NCBI GenBank assembly: GCA_030704615.1
Contig: CM060733.1
Coordinates: 34,410,001-34,474,000 of the forward strand
Origin: Takakia lepidozioides
Taxonomy: Eukaryota > Plantae > Bryophyta
Length of the DNA: 64,000 nucleotides
Direction of reading: 5' to 3'
This document shows, one piece after another, positions 12,824 to 25,696 of the stretch; the first letter of the stretch is position 1; the number at the start of each line of letters is the position of its first letter. Under the pieces are notes generated by a model that ran no database searches, was not told the DNA's origin, and saw only the letters and a program-made list of their open reading frames with translations. Position numbers and translations under genes: made by a program.

Positions 12824-14044
12824 CAGTCAACCCTGGATAATTGTTATGCCTATAGAGCAGAAAAATTATAACATTTACGGAGATATATCATATAACAGAA
12901 ATAGAGGTCAAAATCCAAAACATAACATTTAAGAAAAAAAACAATAAAGCAGGTTAAAAAAACGAAAAAAAACAATTAAAAAGGCTTAGGGTTCAAATCT
13001 CAATGCATACACATGGATGAATGATAAGACTGGATGAATGTTTTCTCAAACCAAGGCTCCGCATAAGATCTAACAACTATGGAGGTGTGCAAACGAAGAG
13101 GAGAGCCATATTTTCATAACACATATCAAATAACGCTCTATGACATTTTCAAATGTAAATTCTTACAGAGCCAAAATTTCATAACATTAAAGGCGATATA
13201 ACATTAACCCTTAAGTTCCCAAGCGACCTGAATCGGGTCACTTTGAATTTGCAATTAGACCTAATTTTTGCAGATCTAGTCTGATGGGCCCACTCCTGAA
13301 GCTTTAATGACAAGGGATTTGTCTCGAGTATGATGCAAGAAAAAAACAAAAGCTTACTAAAAAAATCTTAGATCTCTCATTTACGTTTTGGGGCTGAAAA
13401 GGGCTGTTGATCGCTGACGTGGCAGGTAAACAAGCCCAAAACAGATTGCACTCCAAAGGCCATTTTCGGCAGAAAATTAGCAATTTTGGAAAAAACACTT
13501 CACCTTGTGGTGTGTGAGCATTACATACACACATCCACCGTTGGCTTTTAAAAAATTTGTAGAAAAAAAAGTACTTCATTTGGAGGCACATTTTCTCTTG
13601 TCAATTTTGAGATTTCAACCCCCATGTAATTGCATGCAAAGCAAGCATAGGTGAAAAAATCAGTTGGACCTGCAATTTAGTGGGGTCATAGCCACTCCAC
13701 TATTGATTTGGAAATGGTGGGTCTTGGGGCAATCAAAATTGGAGAAAGCTAGGTTTTGATTTGGTCAAACCAATTTCTTTCTCACTTTTTCTTTGGGACC
13801 TGATATTTGAAGTCCGGGGCCAACTGCTATAATCTCACAATTTCCACGGTGGACTTGGCTCATTTTTTGGTATGTCATGCATAAATGAGCTGGGCCCATT
13901 GCTATAAAGCTGGAATCTGTGGATGATTTTTGGTAGGTTTCTAGGGCAATTTACTGCAGCTGGGTACCCAAAATTGGTAAAAAGTCAAAAAAGGGCTTGG
14001 GAACTTGAGGGTTAAAGGAGTTAACATTTATCCAGGGTTGCCTG
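12824..14044. mobile_element. Tc1/mariner (pogo-like) non-autonomous element
   Basis: TIRs CAGTCAACCCTGGATAA / TTATCCAGGGTTGCCTG (16/17), TA on both sides (12822-3, 14045-6) and subterminal ATAACATT repeats. Confidence 0.85.
13208..14011. mobile_element. piggyBac-like non-autonomous element (TTAA TSD) nested in the Tc1/mariner element
   Basis: TTAA|CCCTTAAGTTCCCAAGC ... GCTTGGGAACTTGAGGG|TTAA. TIR match 16/17; TTAA duplicated at 13204-13207 and 14012-14015. Confidence 0.75.
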
Positions 14045-15953
14045 TATGGGACCCACCCCAACATACAATGTACATTGGTAACTTATGGGCTTCAATACAC
14101 TCTACACTGGGCATTCTAACTGCACTCCCTCCTAAAGCAGCAGTTACGGTGCAAACACAACTGCGGTGCACCGTTTTTTGTTTTGTAAAGAAATGAAGGA
14201 CAACTGTTACAGATTCCAGAGAGGCCCACATTTTGGAGCCAAAATTACTTACTATAAAGGAAAGAACCAATAGAATTTGGGGGTGCACCACATGTGACAA
14301 ATGACTCTGATTTCAAAGTCCAGTCGGTACTGAAAAAGGTGTCAACTAATAATAACAAAAGATGCATCAGTGAAGAAGAATCAGTCACCGATACCCTGGG
14401 TTGTTGTCATTACAGTAACTTACCAAGCCATGATGGACCCTTCTCACTGTCAAACTCACAAACTCAAGGCACTGTAAACTGTAAACCTTCAGGCAGGGTT
14501 GGATCTGCATCAGGAGACTTAATTTTGTCGTGTGCTTGGAGATGCCACCAGGAGCTCCATTTTGCGAATAACATAGTGAGCTACATAGCAGTAGACTGTA
14601 GCGTAATGATATGCAAGGTGATGAGGGTCTACGTGCAAGTACTCTGTGTACAAATCCAAGTTTTGCGGTACGTTAGTACTAAGAGTTTAACTAAATAATA
14701 GTTGTGGGTTTACTAAGTATGGCAGTACAAACAAAGATTTACTTTGGGATTGTGCGGTGGGATTACTTTTTTTAATTGAGGGAAAGTTTGTACAAAGGGT
14801 TAGTTTTCCTTTGTGGGCTTGTTTCACTTTTTACTGATAGGTCTGTGTGCAAATGGGTTTGTGATTCAGTTCTTAGGCAGAGGATGATTAAGTTTGCAAG
14901 TTGGCTGGCTTAGAAGATTGGATTTTTCTTATGGATTTAGAAGATTAGTTTTCCTTTATGGGTTATGTTGAGAAGACTTTGCTAGGTGGGTTTGAATGGA
15001 TTTGTGCAACTGATCTGATAATATACACACAGATCACTTAGTTTCCACAGGAGTTTGCAAATGATTTGTGGGTTTGCATGTTTGCATGCTTGCTGGACTG
15101 CAACTGATTGTTGTTACTCGGTGGCATGAGGAATAAGCTTACAAGTGGAGGATGAGTGCCAGACCTGTTGGTTTCACAAAGGGACAGACAGTTGGGTCAG
15201 ATTGAAGGAATATGCTTGGAAAGGTCCCTGGAGTTGGTGGGCTCAAGGGAGAGGTTTGTGCCGAAGCAGTAGGGAGGCCCCGGAGTAGAATATAGTTTTC
15301 TTCGGACAATAGGGGAGTTTACTGAGGGCCTGCAGTGGATAGTTTCCTGGGAGGTCTGCTCTGCACACGGGGATAGTTTGTTACCGTTGTATGAGCATTA
15401 ATACGAAGCCTGGCAGTGCGCACAAATTTTGTAGTTCACGCGTGCCCACGCTTCTCGCTACCCGTGCCGTTCCTGGGCCTTTCCCCTCTCTCTCTTCTCT
15501 CCCTCCCCTATGTTGCACAGAGCAAGCCTTTAACTTTAGCCTTGTTAGTTGCTGAAGAGCATGGATCCATGCGCTGTTGTGGTCCTCTAGTTCTGATGGC
15601 GCCGTGGCAGGAATGGCTGTGCTGGTCGATGCTGGACGGGTTCCTCATGTTGATGGGTTGTTTTGGTGTTCTCTAGGTCTCCAGATGGCTCAGGTATCTC
15701 AGAATGAGAAAGAGCGCTGTGACGGGAGCAGAGGGTCGTTGTAGAAGGTGCCAGCAGTTTTGATTCTGGGCTCCCGGGGAGATAGGAGGGGCTCTACTAG
15801 GGTTGACAAGGCAGGGCCTTTTCTGCTTGAGGAGGTGGAGAGGAAGGGGTCTGGTTGGGAGGCGGATAAGGAAAGCGTGGGAAGGAGTGCTTCGAATGCA
15901 GGCCGTGTTGTATTGGCGTGCACAGAGCGCACGCCGATTGCTGCCCTGTACTA

Positions 15954-18900
15954 ATGGTTCGACGCCATGGCTGGCAGCTTCCCGCACACACCTTTCAGGT
16001 TGGTTTGTCTTGGACATCATCTGCCACAAACGGTAAATTGGGAAAGATCAGCCTTTTTCAATGTATAAATGTGAGCATGCTGACATTGTTGATTGTTCTG
16101 TTGGCTGACAATACCTTCCTATCGAATCTCAACTTTAACCAGATGACTCGCAAAGTAATTCATCTTGAGATTCGGTAATGCAGTAATTTTCAACTTTTCT
16201 TCTTCCCCTAAACCGACGTTCATCACAAGCAAAAACGTGGTTGATTTTCTGTCATCAACCTTTTGAACTTGACGACTAAATGTGTCCCAAAATGTACTTA
16301 GCGTTCAAATTCACTTACCCCTGTTTGCTTTATTCTCATATCATGCCTGCATTTGTCTCCCTATTTATATAAATTTTCAATGGACGAGAGAATCTATGCA
16401 AATGTTAGCGTTCAGGTGGTCAGTGGCAAGGTTGCTTTGTGGACTATTTAGTGGTGGGATTGGTGTGTTGTGAACCCACACTTTTGATTTTACATCCTAG
16501 GTGAACCTTCTAGCAACTCCCTCGCCTTTGCTTGCCCTGTCCTGCTTGAATACCTTTGCTGACTTTTATGACAGCAATCTCTCACTCAGCTGGAGATAGA
16601 GAGTTGTGCTTGTTTTTGCATAGTACATTGCAAGTGAAGCACTATATATGGCTACCTTATACTCAAACAGATTGAGAGAACGTTTTTACATTGTGTTTGG
16701 TTGAGGCTTGAATACCTGTACAGCACAATGAAAGCACATCTCCTTCATATGCCTAAGTTTATTATATGTGTTGGCTCTGTGTGGGATGCCGCTGGTTCTC
16801 CAGGTGGTGGCAATTACAGTCTTTTTCCTGCTGGTCATTGCCTATTACATCTTTTTGGCGCCATTCCTGTGGATAAACAGTTTGGAATCTGCTGCTCTTG
16901 CTCTCTACACTCCCCTGGTATGAGTGTTTTCTCCTCCTCCGCTGTTGTCTTAGGTTAGTTGTTTCAAGGTTCTAATATACAGGGTATACCTATAGATGAG
17001 ATTGTTTTAAGCTATAAATACTGCAGTTATCCAAACATCTGCTACTTGGATGTGAACAGTCAACTGTTAGTGTATCAGTTAGTGTAGGTTTTTTCAGGTA
17101 TTGCATCCCAAACTCTTCTGATCTGCACTCTGTGGTACCTTAGATACCATATTTCCTTCAAGCCTTTCCGTAAGATTCCTATCAATGTTGCCGTTTGAAG
17201 AGGGACAAGTGAACCAGGGATTATGTGGGAGTCTCAATTGCAGGCCTTGGCAGTTTTCCTGCTCTACATACGCTCCTCAGCAATTGACCCATCAGACCCT
17301 GGTGTGTTTGCCAACCAGCCCTTATACAAGCATGATGAGAAGGGTTCCTTCTCTGAATTTTCAACGGCAATGACACCTGCAGTGCTGGGTGCTCCCTTGT
17401 CTCCAGCTCTGTCCAGCCCTTTGTCTGTCCCTCCATCAGACAAAGATTTTGACCGGAAGACACAGTATGCGGAACAAGGGCGGGTGGGTTGGAATAAGAC
17501 TCCCAGCATCTGCTCCTTTGCTGGGCTCTGTGGTCTGTGTTGTGGGTGGCTGGTCAGCGATGACAATTGTCGGAATGACTCCAAGGTGCAGCAGCCTGTG
17601 GCAGAGGAGGACGTTCTGTTTTGCACCCTATGCAATGCTGAGGTAAGCTCAGCATCAAGTTCTGAAAGACTCACAAGCACTAGCATGTTGGAAGCTGTTC
17701 TTAGAAATGGTGGTCATCTCACATTAGTTGCTTTGTTTCTACTTTTTAGTGATTGTTACAATGGAAGGACATGACTCTGACATAACTTTCGTCAGCCGTT
17801 GTCTCATAGCAGAGTTGTAGGTGCTCTGATTGTTGGCAAGTCTGGTGGGGAGCCCCAAGATGGGGGCTTGAATTGGGTCATTGGGTGGATGCAGGTACGC
17901 AAATTTAGCAAGCATTGTCGCAGTTGCGACAAGTGTGTTGATGGCTTTGACCACCATTGCCGGGTATTTTTCTCCTCTTTTAGGCACCTTTATGGCATTG
18001 GTGGATGAAGGAGCAGGAAGTGTTCAACTCCCAGAGGTGGGCAATTCAGATCATCAGTTCTAGGCCATGAACCCCAGTACCTCGTTTGCTTCGAGTGGTC
18101 CCCTTTTGCTAGGCAAACATCCCTTGATTGCAGACAACAGTGAGGTTTGTGCCCAATGTCTACAATATCTATATATACTGCTGAAACTCTTTTGCATTAA
18201 CAGTGGCCTTGAATGTTTGCAGTGGCTGAATAACTGTGTTGGAAGAAAGAACTACGTCACTTTTGTAGGACTGATGGCTACAAGCATTACATTGGTAAGC
18301 ATTTTGGTACATCATCCAGTTGGCTCATGAAGAAGCAATAGGAACATGATGCACAACTTTACCATTTGATCTTGGATTAGGAAGTAGCAGAACTTTGGAG
18401 ATTACATTTTCAACGTTGGACATTTTGTGGGGTATTGACTCGGAGTGTAGTCCTGGCACTTGAAGTGCCCGCCTAGATGGAGTAGATCAATCCCTGTAGA
18501 AATGTTCTGTTAGGCTGGTTGTTTGTGTAGGACTGTCCAGTATTATCATGCCGTTTGACTGGGATGCTTTGTGGCAATATGCAGCTGGTTCTTGAATGGG
18601 GAGTAGGAGTAGCAGTTTTTGTACGTTGTTTTGTGGACGAGCAAGGGATAGATCACCAAATCACACAGAAGCTCGGAAATGGATTCTCAAGGGCCCCATT
18701 TGCAGCAATTGTGGTAATCAATTGATACCTTTGTGGTGCTGAAATTGGAATTGATTTGAATGCTTTTCTGCTTGAGAGTTGAAAGAATGCTCGAGCGCTT
18801 CCCAGTTTCTTGGCTGGAACAGAGGGTGCCAATGGGGCAGATAATGTGATCAAATTGGACTGAACACTTATGAATTGCCTTTCCTGGATTAACTCATCCT

Positions 18901-21900
18901 CACCTGCAATGTGTCTAGGATTTTAGCATCTGTCGCCACAAGTCTTCTCACATAGATCCACACTAGCTGTTGTCCTTCGAAGCGTTGGATCAACACCAGA
19001 TGTACTTAAAGCAACACTGTTCAACAATGACATTTATTTTGGTGACTGCTTCCTGGGAATACTTTACCGGCAGAGCACGATGTTGAAGGTGCAGGGGCCA
19101 ACTCTAAAGTTTTTGAGTCATCCCACACGGGTCACCTGTACAGTAGTAGCTATTGACCAGGAATCTTAACCTGGTGTGTAGGTGTTGCAGTTCTTTTTCA
19201 TGGTAAGAGAAACTGGTCTGCCCATGTCAATTTATGTATATTGAAGGAAAAGCCTGCTGCCTGGGTAGTGTGTGGTTCCCCAGATTGTTGCCGTCTTCGT
19301 GTTTGGCAGGACTCATAGGCAAGGACTTTTAATGTCACAAACAGCTTGCAGGGGCTGACAAGTTATTCATGTGTTGAGGCCGTACTGTGGGACTACCACA
19401 CTCAATCAAATCCTTCAGAACAGATCATTCCTGGACCTTGAGCAGTACAAGCCCTCTTCCAGGATAATAATGTGACGTCAATGTTGTTCATTCTTGCAGG
19501 CTATATGCACCCTGGTCTCGTTGTTGGCTTCCATACCGCTTGGGGAACTTTTCTTTTTCCATCTCCTCCTCATGAAAAAGGTGTTGTGGTTCTTCTCCTT
19601 TAACCTTCTCAAAACAAATCAATTTCATGCAAGCAGCTTGGTGGTTTAAATGCATCACATATGTTACGTGCAGCAGACAGAGTAGAAGAAACATCTGGCT
19701 GACAGAGAAGGAAATGGGGGAGAGGAAGATAGAAAGACGCAGAGGCAGAAACTAGCAAACATGTAAGCAGAATTTGTTGCTCCTGAGTATGCTAGTTCTA
19801 GATTCATAAGATGGAAGGGTTTTGAAATATATTGGTGCCACCAGGGAATCACAACCTACGAATATGTAGTGGCCATGCGAGCACAGAATGAAACACAGGG
19901 AGCACTGTTTGGTGAAGGGGATCACAGCATACCATCATCACCCTCCAGTTCCACTGCAACTGGCATGAGCAGGTCAAGCTCCTTGGGTCTTCAGTACCGT
20001 GGAGGGTGGTGCACGCCACCCCGCATTTTTGTCGAGCATCAGGTATCGTTATATCAAATTTGCAAATGTAGTTTCTATTGAGTTTGTCAGTAGGTCCATC
20101 TGTTGATCTCTAACATGATTGTGGACGGGCAGCCAATCTGTTGTAGCATTACTAGTCATTAGGTTCTAACCTTCAAGAGGGCCAGGAGTTGGGTGATTAC
20201 TCTATGGTTCTTGATGATGTAGGACCCCCAATGTCATAGCTTATAAACCTGAACATATCGGTAAATATGTGCATGGGAAGCAACAGTAGTTGGTAGTCCT
20301 GACTTTCTTTCAGGTGGATTAATCATGGGATCTTTGAAACGGACAAACCCTGAATGTCATGTCTTCATATCTTAGAAAGAATGGTCTCCTGAATTCCTCA
20401 CTAGTTCTGTGATTATTCAACAAGGATCAAAATTTTCTGCCAATTTTGAAGTCCTTGAGCCAATACATTGAGAGTTGGGGGGGGGGGGGGGGGGGGGGGG
20501 TGGTGCTTAAGAGACAGCCTTTGTTGCTGGATGCTTGTTTCCTGGAAAAGATATGAGATGCCTAACGCTTGACCTAGCTTTGGATATCCAACACCTAAAT
20601 ATGTGTAAAGCATATTGCAGGCTCATGCATGTGCAGTAAGCTCTCTTTCAGTAACTCTTATTTCACAGTAATCACAGGTAGGCCGCAGGGGCATACCCTC
20701 AGACAACCTCTTCCACCCCTTGAGAAAGCCCAAGTGCTTCTGTCTCGAGGACCAATGCACAGCACTACCTGGAGCCTGAATTGAATTTCCAGTAAGTAGG
20801 TCTTAGTTAACCTGAAAGACTTGTATTAAGTGTCCCTTACATGTGATAGAAGAAAATGATCAGGCTTGCCAGCGTATATTTGCTTGGGGGCCCCGCAACG
20901 AAACCCAACCCGTCACTGATGAAACAGGCGCTGCTAACCACAGTACTACGGTACAGGAATTTAACCTTGCAAACACCCTTTTGTACAAAGGAAAACGTAC
21001 TCCTGTTGGATGCGATCCTAAGTTTCAGATGTAATCAGCTGCCTATAGAGGACACAAAATGACTTCATAATGGTTAAAGCATGTGACTAGCTTCCTAGGA
21101 CTTTTCAAGCTGAAGCACATTAAGATTGTGGTCAAACACAAGTTCTTCTCAATGTATTCCCTTCCTTTCTTACATCTCACATCTCAAATCGTAAGTGTAT
21201 ATATATCAGCAATGCCTGTCTGCTGTTTGTTGAAGAGGGTTGCTCTCTAGAGGTTTGTTGAAGTAAGGTAAAGTGGCAGTTACCACAATGTCCTAGATAT
21301 GTTCATGGCAGCAGACAAAGGGAAGTGGATAGGTGAAAGAATGAGTGAGAAGGTGGGATGTGCCTCAAACTTTTTCTCTTCAATATATTTCAACAATCTG
21401 CAAGTATTAATTTCTTAAGTTTGATTGTCAACAGGATGAAGTTGTTCCACATTTGGCACCAGGCAGAGTACCTTCAACCATAGACCCAGATGCAACAAGT
21501 GGTGGACGACCACAAAAGCAAGTCATGGGGAATGTGAGAATCAGTGCCTGGAAACTTGCCAAGCTCAATGCCGAAGAGGCTGCACGTGCAGCAGCCAAGG
21601 CCCGGGAAAATTCTTCGGTGTTACGCCAGGTTGGGCCAAAAGATTTGGGGGGAGTACCTGAGACAGATTACAGCTCTAGCAGCATCAGTAGTCAAAGCAG
21701 CTTAAGCACAGGGTATGTGTATGGTGGTGGGAAGCGGAGAGGTAGGGAGGAAACTACCATGGCTACGGGATTTGCTTCTATCAAATCCGAGCTGTCCACA
21801 GTCCGCACTGGCAGGGACCTGGGGTCTTCAGGTCGTCCGTCGGAGCCTTCTGATGCAGATCTCCAGAGTAGAAGCAGCGGTGGCAGTCCCAACATCACCA

Positions 21901-22760
21901 TCCCTCAACCAGAATCTTTGTCCATCAGCCCTCTCCCTGCAGAGCGCAGATATGGTCCCTCGGAGTTAAATTCAGCGGTTGCTCTTGATGTTCGTACTGC
22001 TCCTGGGGAATCTATGCCTTCATCTTCCTCCTCACCGATCGGTACTTCATCTAGTGTGAGAGCCAGTTGGCCAACCTATCAAGGAGCAGCACTATCGCAC
22101 CCAGCAGCTGGAAACTACAACCCGGCCTGGGGCATTCGGGGGTTAACAAGTGATGAGGCCTCAAGTGGAGACAGTGCAGATGATTCTGTACGTCCAAATA
22201 GAGGGAAGTTACCTGATCAGGGCCGGGTTGTGTCTGCGAAAGAGTTAAAGAGGGCTGCAGTGTTTCCTAACGGAGGACCCATGAACAGGTTGGGAGGAGG
22301 TGATCCCAGCAGTACACGGAGACCACCAACCAGGATTGAGTTTGGGGGTAGAGGAATCAGCACTTCTGTTTTCTCAGGTCAACAGATCCACCGTGGGACA
22401 TGGCTGGAGCCATCCATGTCACCATCTTCAGCATCTGACGCAGACCTAGTCTCTGAGTTTGGTCATGACCGGTTCTCTGCATCACGAAGTCCGCCTACTA
22501 TTTTAAACACTGCCACAGTTTTGCCGAGCACGTCCCGTCCTTCGGACAACCTCCTCTATGCAGGGACATCTATATTCTATGGTGGCCCTCTTCTACCGGT
22601 GGGGGAAATAACCAGCAGTAGGAAAAATTTACCTCCCAAGCCTCCTAGTGAGTTGAGAGCTGGGGTGCCTAAGCAGGCAGGCTTTGAAAGTAGACCATTC
22701 TCCCACGGATCAGCATTGCGATCGCAATCTCCAATTTTTGTCCCCCGTGGCTTGCATTGA
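15954..22760 (+). CDS. DHHC-type protein S-acyltransferase (PAT19/20/21/22-like), about 810 aa, 9 exons
   Basis: Exons 15954-15998, 16804-16917, 17244-17642, 17895-17963, 18223-18294, 18585-18713, 19500-19580, 19845-20042, 21435-22760; all GT-AG and phase 0. Motifs [53 protein letters not shown] (DHHC-CRD), [17 protein letters not shown] and [11 protein letters not shown]. Confidence 0.95.
20477..20500 (+). repeat. Poly-G tract (24 nt) in intron 8 of the DHHC gene
   Basis: Uninterrupted run of G. Confidence 0.9.
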
Positions 22761-23624
22761 GGGGGTTGGCTTTTCATCTAAGCCATACCTCCCAGTTCCT
22801 CGTGTGCACCTGGAAAGGGCAGTTAGCTTTTTTGTTCTGAGGTCGTCCCCATGGGAATGTCATATGTCATGACCACTAATGTGAACCATGCGATGGTGAT
22901 CTATGCTGTCGCCATCTATGTTTCGATGATCAGATGATGGGGACTCTGTTGCCGTGTCAGTCAACATGCCTTTGATGTTCTGTTGCCGACACACAGAACA
23001 AAAAACACCAAAGGCAGAATTAATCAAACACCCAGGAGCCTCAAGTGAGCTATTCATCAGGCGGCGTTTCCCCCCCTCTAAAGGATTCTTGGCAGTTAAA
23101 ACTGCTTTACAGGCGTTGTGGGAGCTCTTTGTGGGGAGATGGACAATGGTGAATATATTGGTTCCTAAAGTTCATCACTGAGACTGGGTGCTTGAGCAGG
23201 CAAGTATCTCCAGGCTTAAGGGCTGCGAGGCATGAACAGGATTGATGCTAACATAGTGTGTTAGCTTGTTGAGTACTACACTGCAAAGAACAATATAGTG
23301 AGAGCCCCATTTGAGAAGGGTTCCTTCGCATTGCTATGAAGGTCAGGCTAGTACTGCGATGAATATGTATGGGCTTGCCCACTTGTTTGAAATGCATAGC
23401 AAGTTACACTCAAGTGGGAGGCCCAGGTCTGGTTTGAGGATCTGCAACTATGATTGGGGGGGTGATCAAATATGCTGCTGAAATCAACGAAGTAAAGTTT
23501 AGTTGTTTCTTCAGTGTACATAAAATCCACCGGTTTTATGGAAATGGACAACACCCAAGAAATGTATTGAATTATGAGGTGGGGGAGTTGAAACCCCCTG
23601 TTGAACCCCATGAGGCATTGGAGA

Positions 23625-25080
23625 TCTTTTGTTTTTCTTAAACAGTGGACAGTGACCCTGGAAAGCTTTATTTTACGATTATTGGAGGGAAAGAAAATTT
23701 AAAACCCTCCAACACACCGTAAGGCACACTCTCAAGGGAGTGAGGAGAGAGTGACCCGAGACATCACAGCCTGAGAGACTGGTCAAACAGCCCCCAGGAA
23801 CAACAGATCAGAAAAGCAAAGAGCCAGCGAACATCACCAAGCAGGAGTGAAAACGTCCGATGCAAGGGAGCAAGGACCAACCAAGGTCATGACGATCCCC
23901 ACCAAACTGCCCACAGCTAATGCCCCCGAGATGACAGGGGGGGTAACGATGAGCCAGAAACAGGAGACACAAGGCCTTAACTGATCAGGACGCATTGCTA
24001 CCGAAGATTTGACCTTAGATCAAGCAATGCAGCAGGGGCCGGAGCTGTAGGATTCAAGGAAAGTTGATCGAATGTGCCGTTGCCATGCCGAAGTCCTAAC
24101 ATGCTCCTAATGCACAAAATTCCGGCGATGCGGTGGAGAGCTTGCCTTTGAATGGGGGTGCCCCCGGCCATGAGCACTAATCGGGTGCTGTGCTAATGAA
24201 GAGGATGCCTTGTTTAGCCCATGTCGACGGGAATGCAACGTTGGAGCGCAGCTGCATTGAGCGTAGTCCTTGCGGGCGTCTGCACAAAATTGAGTCCCAC
24301 GCTTTGCTAGATTCCACCTGTAGGTCATGAAATACCAGGTAGAGCAGGGCTGACGCTCTCACTAGAGAAAGCCCAATTGCATCTGATGCCCCAGATGTGC
24401 GAGAGTGATGGCCCTCTCAGAGCTCCCTCTCGGAGCTCAAATACTGGACAGCGAGAAGCCTTCTGCTTGGTTTGTGTGTTATAGTTAAAGTGGCAGTTCA
24501 ACTGATGAGGGGCTTCGGTGGTCCCTTATGCTATACAGTGAAGTGACAATCGGCCGGATTTTTGCAGGTACTTCGCAAGGGAGCAGCGGCCAAAGTTTCC
24601 TGATTGCAGAGAAGGGCGTCCGCAAAACCGAGCCATTCTCCAACCTTGCTTGAGCACTCTGTTGGCGATTTGCCACAGGAATGCGGAAATCTTAGTTGGC
24701 CGCGATTTGGAGCTCGAAATAGCGTTCCAGTTCTCCTTTCGAAATCCATGGCCTTCTTGTGTTCCATTTTCCAGCGAAGGGTGTTGGTCTAGCAAGTTCG
24801 CAGTGTAGTTAAAGAAGGGTTGTTGACTGTCTTTGAAATTCCAAGAGCATTCATGGGAATCCATTGTACTGCACCCAACTGTCTACCTGCAATCCAGACG
24901 AACCTGTTGAGAGAGAGCCAAGCAGAAGGTTGTATGCCTGGTGGGGTCCATGTCTTTTTCATATGGGGGGGGGAATTAGTAGAATGCATGGACGGTGATA
25001 GACCTCATTTTTGCATAAGATCATGGAACAAAAGAAGGATGGTGGACAGACTTCAACAGGGTCCTCACGGTCCATGAGGC
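23625..25080 (-). mobile_element. 5'-truncated L1-type LINE remnant (zf-RVT region and 3' tail)
   Basis: Minus strand WNAISSSKSRPTKISAFLWQIANRVL resembles zf-RVT. The 3' end has AATAAA and an A-rich tail at about 23625-23672. Boundaries are approximate. Confidence 0.65.
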
Positions 25081-25696
25081 TGTTGTCAATGCTACATATG
25101 TCGTGCAGACTGTATATCATCTTTAGTACAATGATGGCTTTCTAACAGAACCAACTTTGGAGCCAAGAATTTCTCTCCTTCAATTGTAATATACACAATT
25201 CACTGCACACCTGTTCAGGCTTCTCAGAGACTTTGCCTATGGAACTTTCGCTGCCCACCAGTCTTAGATGTACTGTCTTTGTCACTTGGCAAGTCTCAAC
25301 ATCTATGTCCACCTGCATTACTGGAAGATGGCGCTAGACACTAAAGTTGATCATGCTAAAAGTGACTAGATCCGAAATGAAGCTACAGACAGAAACGAAA
25401 TCTTTAACCTTGACTGAGCTACATGACTGATGAGTTCTTCCTCCTATCTACAAGAAATTAGGCGTGTCTGTGCAATAGTCACAGATTCATGAGCATCACC
25501 ACAGTCGTGCTTTTTTCTCGTCTCCTTGCTTCCTTCAATTTCTGTCCATAATGCTTCAGTCTAAATGACAGATCGCCAGAAAGACAAAGTGGATGTCCAT
25601 CCGCGCGAGCCTAACACTCGGAGTATCAACAGGAACAAAGCTAGAGAGACGATAACAACATGCTCTCATGCACCAATACTCTAGAGACAGGCACCA

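Noticed and set aside
15416-15953. Overlapping ORFs upstream of the DHHC start
   Set aside because: Consistent with GC-richer promoter/5' UTR sequence; the conserved protein begins at [10 protein letters not shown] (15954).
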